In this document: one piece after another, positions 62,761-64,000 of the stretch
Layout of the letters: each line of letters starts with the position of its first letter
Numbering within the stretch: the stretch's first letter is position 1
NCBI GenBank assembly: GCA_011109175.1
Contig: RDEW01000042.1
Location: 192,504-256,503, forward strand
Source of the DNA: Dicyema japonicum
Taxonomy: Eukaryota; Animalia; Dicyemida
DNA length: 64,000 nt
Reading direction: 5' to 3'
Notes under the pieces: model-generated
Seen by the model: only the letters and a program-made list of their open reading frames with translations
Database searches by the model: none
What the model was told of the DNA's origin: nothing
Position numbers and translations under genes: made by a program

Positions 62761-64000
62761 TGCTTTTCAGACTTTTCAGTCAGTTGATGTTGTCCATGTG
62801 GTTTATTTCGGTAGAATCATGACAAGTGTACCTTGTCAACTTCCAGACATATCTCCTAGTATTCGTATGTAAGCCCAAGCGACTGCTTCTTCATCTGAGG
62901 TTCCCGTACCATGAAACATTTACATGGGCTAAAAATACATGTGACAGTCAGACCACATGGTAGTATCTGCGATTTCTGATAGTGTTTATGAGGTTGAACA
63001 TACCATCATAAGTCCCCAGTCTTTGACTGATTCATTTTAAATGGACCTTTTCTGTATAAAAAACTAAGTTTTTAGATCAATTATGACACCGATTTAATTC
63101 TTTCGTAACTCCAAAAAGGTTGCTTTAATTTTTCAATTCCTTCGCTACTCGAATTGAATCTGACAAAAATTTCTTTATTAAAGTTTTTCAATGCGAATTG
63201 TACACAGTTGTAATGATCTTCAGAACTGTGGATTGTGGTTACATTATTAATGCCACGTGCTTAGATTTAGCGATTCTGCAAACCTGTACTTTAAAATCGA
63301 AATGAAACTGAAAATATTTATAAGTCTGGGACTTTTTTATTCTGACCGTTGATAATGGGTTTTTATCTTAAGAAACATCTTCTCAGACATAGATTCCGGG
63401 ATTTTCACGGTCACCTCTTTTCAATAATGATGTCTTATTAGGTTAAATGATAATATCTGTTTTATTGAAGAGATCTAAAATTTCTGCTATGTGAATCTTC
63501 AGTATTTCTCTTTATTTAAGCAAACTTTTTTGGAGAAGTATGAATTTGAGGATCTAAAGTAGTCGAACAAATTCTACTTTAAATTTTTTAACAAAAGGCA
63601 CTGCATTCGGACCAAGGACTCTTGAGATTTCTCTGAATTTTTTTGGAGAAGATCATTCAAAACAACAGCCTTTGTCCCCCGTCTCAACCTACACGATAGG
63701 GACGCATAAACTGTTCAAACCCTAAAATATGCTTAATCCCCCAGTTAATTCCTCATTCATGTGAGGTATTCCCCAGATAACCATATTTCTCCATTTAATT
63801 CCTTCATTCATGTGAGGTAGTCCATGTTTTATATAAAATCATTTAAATAAAATAGAAACTGCTTTTTAATAATCCTCCTGAACCCACTAACGAAAAAGCA
63901 CATAACGATGTACTTTGTCTTTCCGATTTATGGTCGCATTCAACATTTAGCAGGTCCCAAGGAATAAAAATATGGTCAGCTTTCTGAATGGCAGCGCTGA

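Overview
AT-rich eukaryotic, animal-like nuclear DNA, not prokaryotic. Host genes are sparse and split by very small spliceosomal introns, mostly 20-32 nt. This resembles compact-intron parasites such as dicyemids or myxozoans, but that taxon guess is inference only. Four host genes could be modelled by hand: a MEF2-type MADS-box factor with a 27-nt GC-AG intron, dynactin p50/DCTN2, a type I membrane C-type lectin and a tetraspanin-like protein. Most of the rest is transposable elements. Retroelements: one intact RTE LINE (989 aa, 12-bp TSD), many decayed RTE, CRE-like and Ingi/Vingi-like LINEs, an R4-like RLE element and a tRNA-derived SINE family. DNA transposons: decayed Buster hAT, a second hAT, a Ginger/KRBA2-like integrase, Tc1-like and pogo-like elements. 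Two signals stand out. (1) An Ingi/Vingi-like LINE and its short non-autonomous derivative share a covarying 5' pseudoknotted RNA with HDV-ribozyme-like topology but non-canonical loops. The LINE family also has a 2A ribosome-skipping leader and a covarying 3' hairpin that overlaps the terminal Gly-Ile-Thr codons. (2) Four distinct DNA transposases each carry a host-style 20-28 nt GT-AG mini-intron inside or next to a conserved motif. Coordinates of decayed elements are approximate, and all calls were made by eye without database searches.
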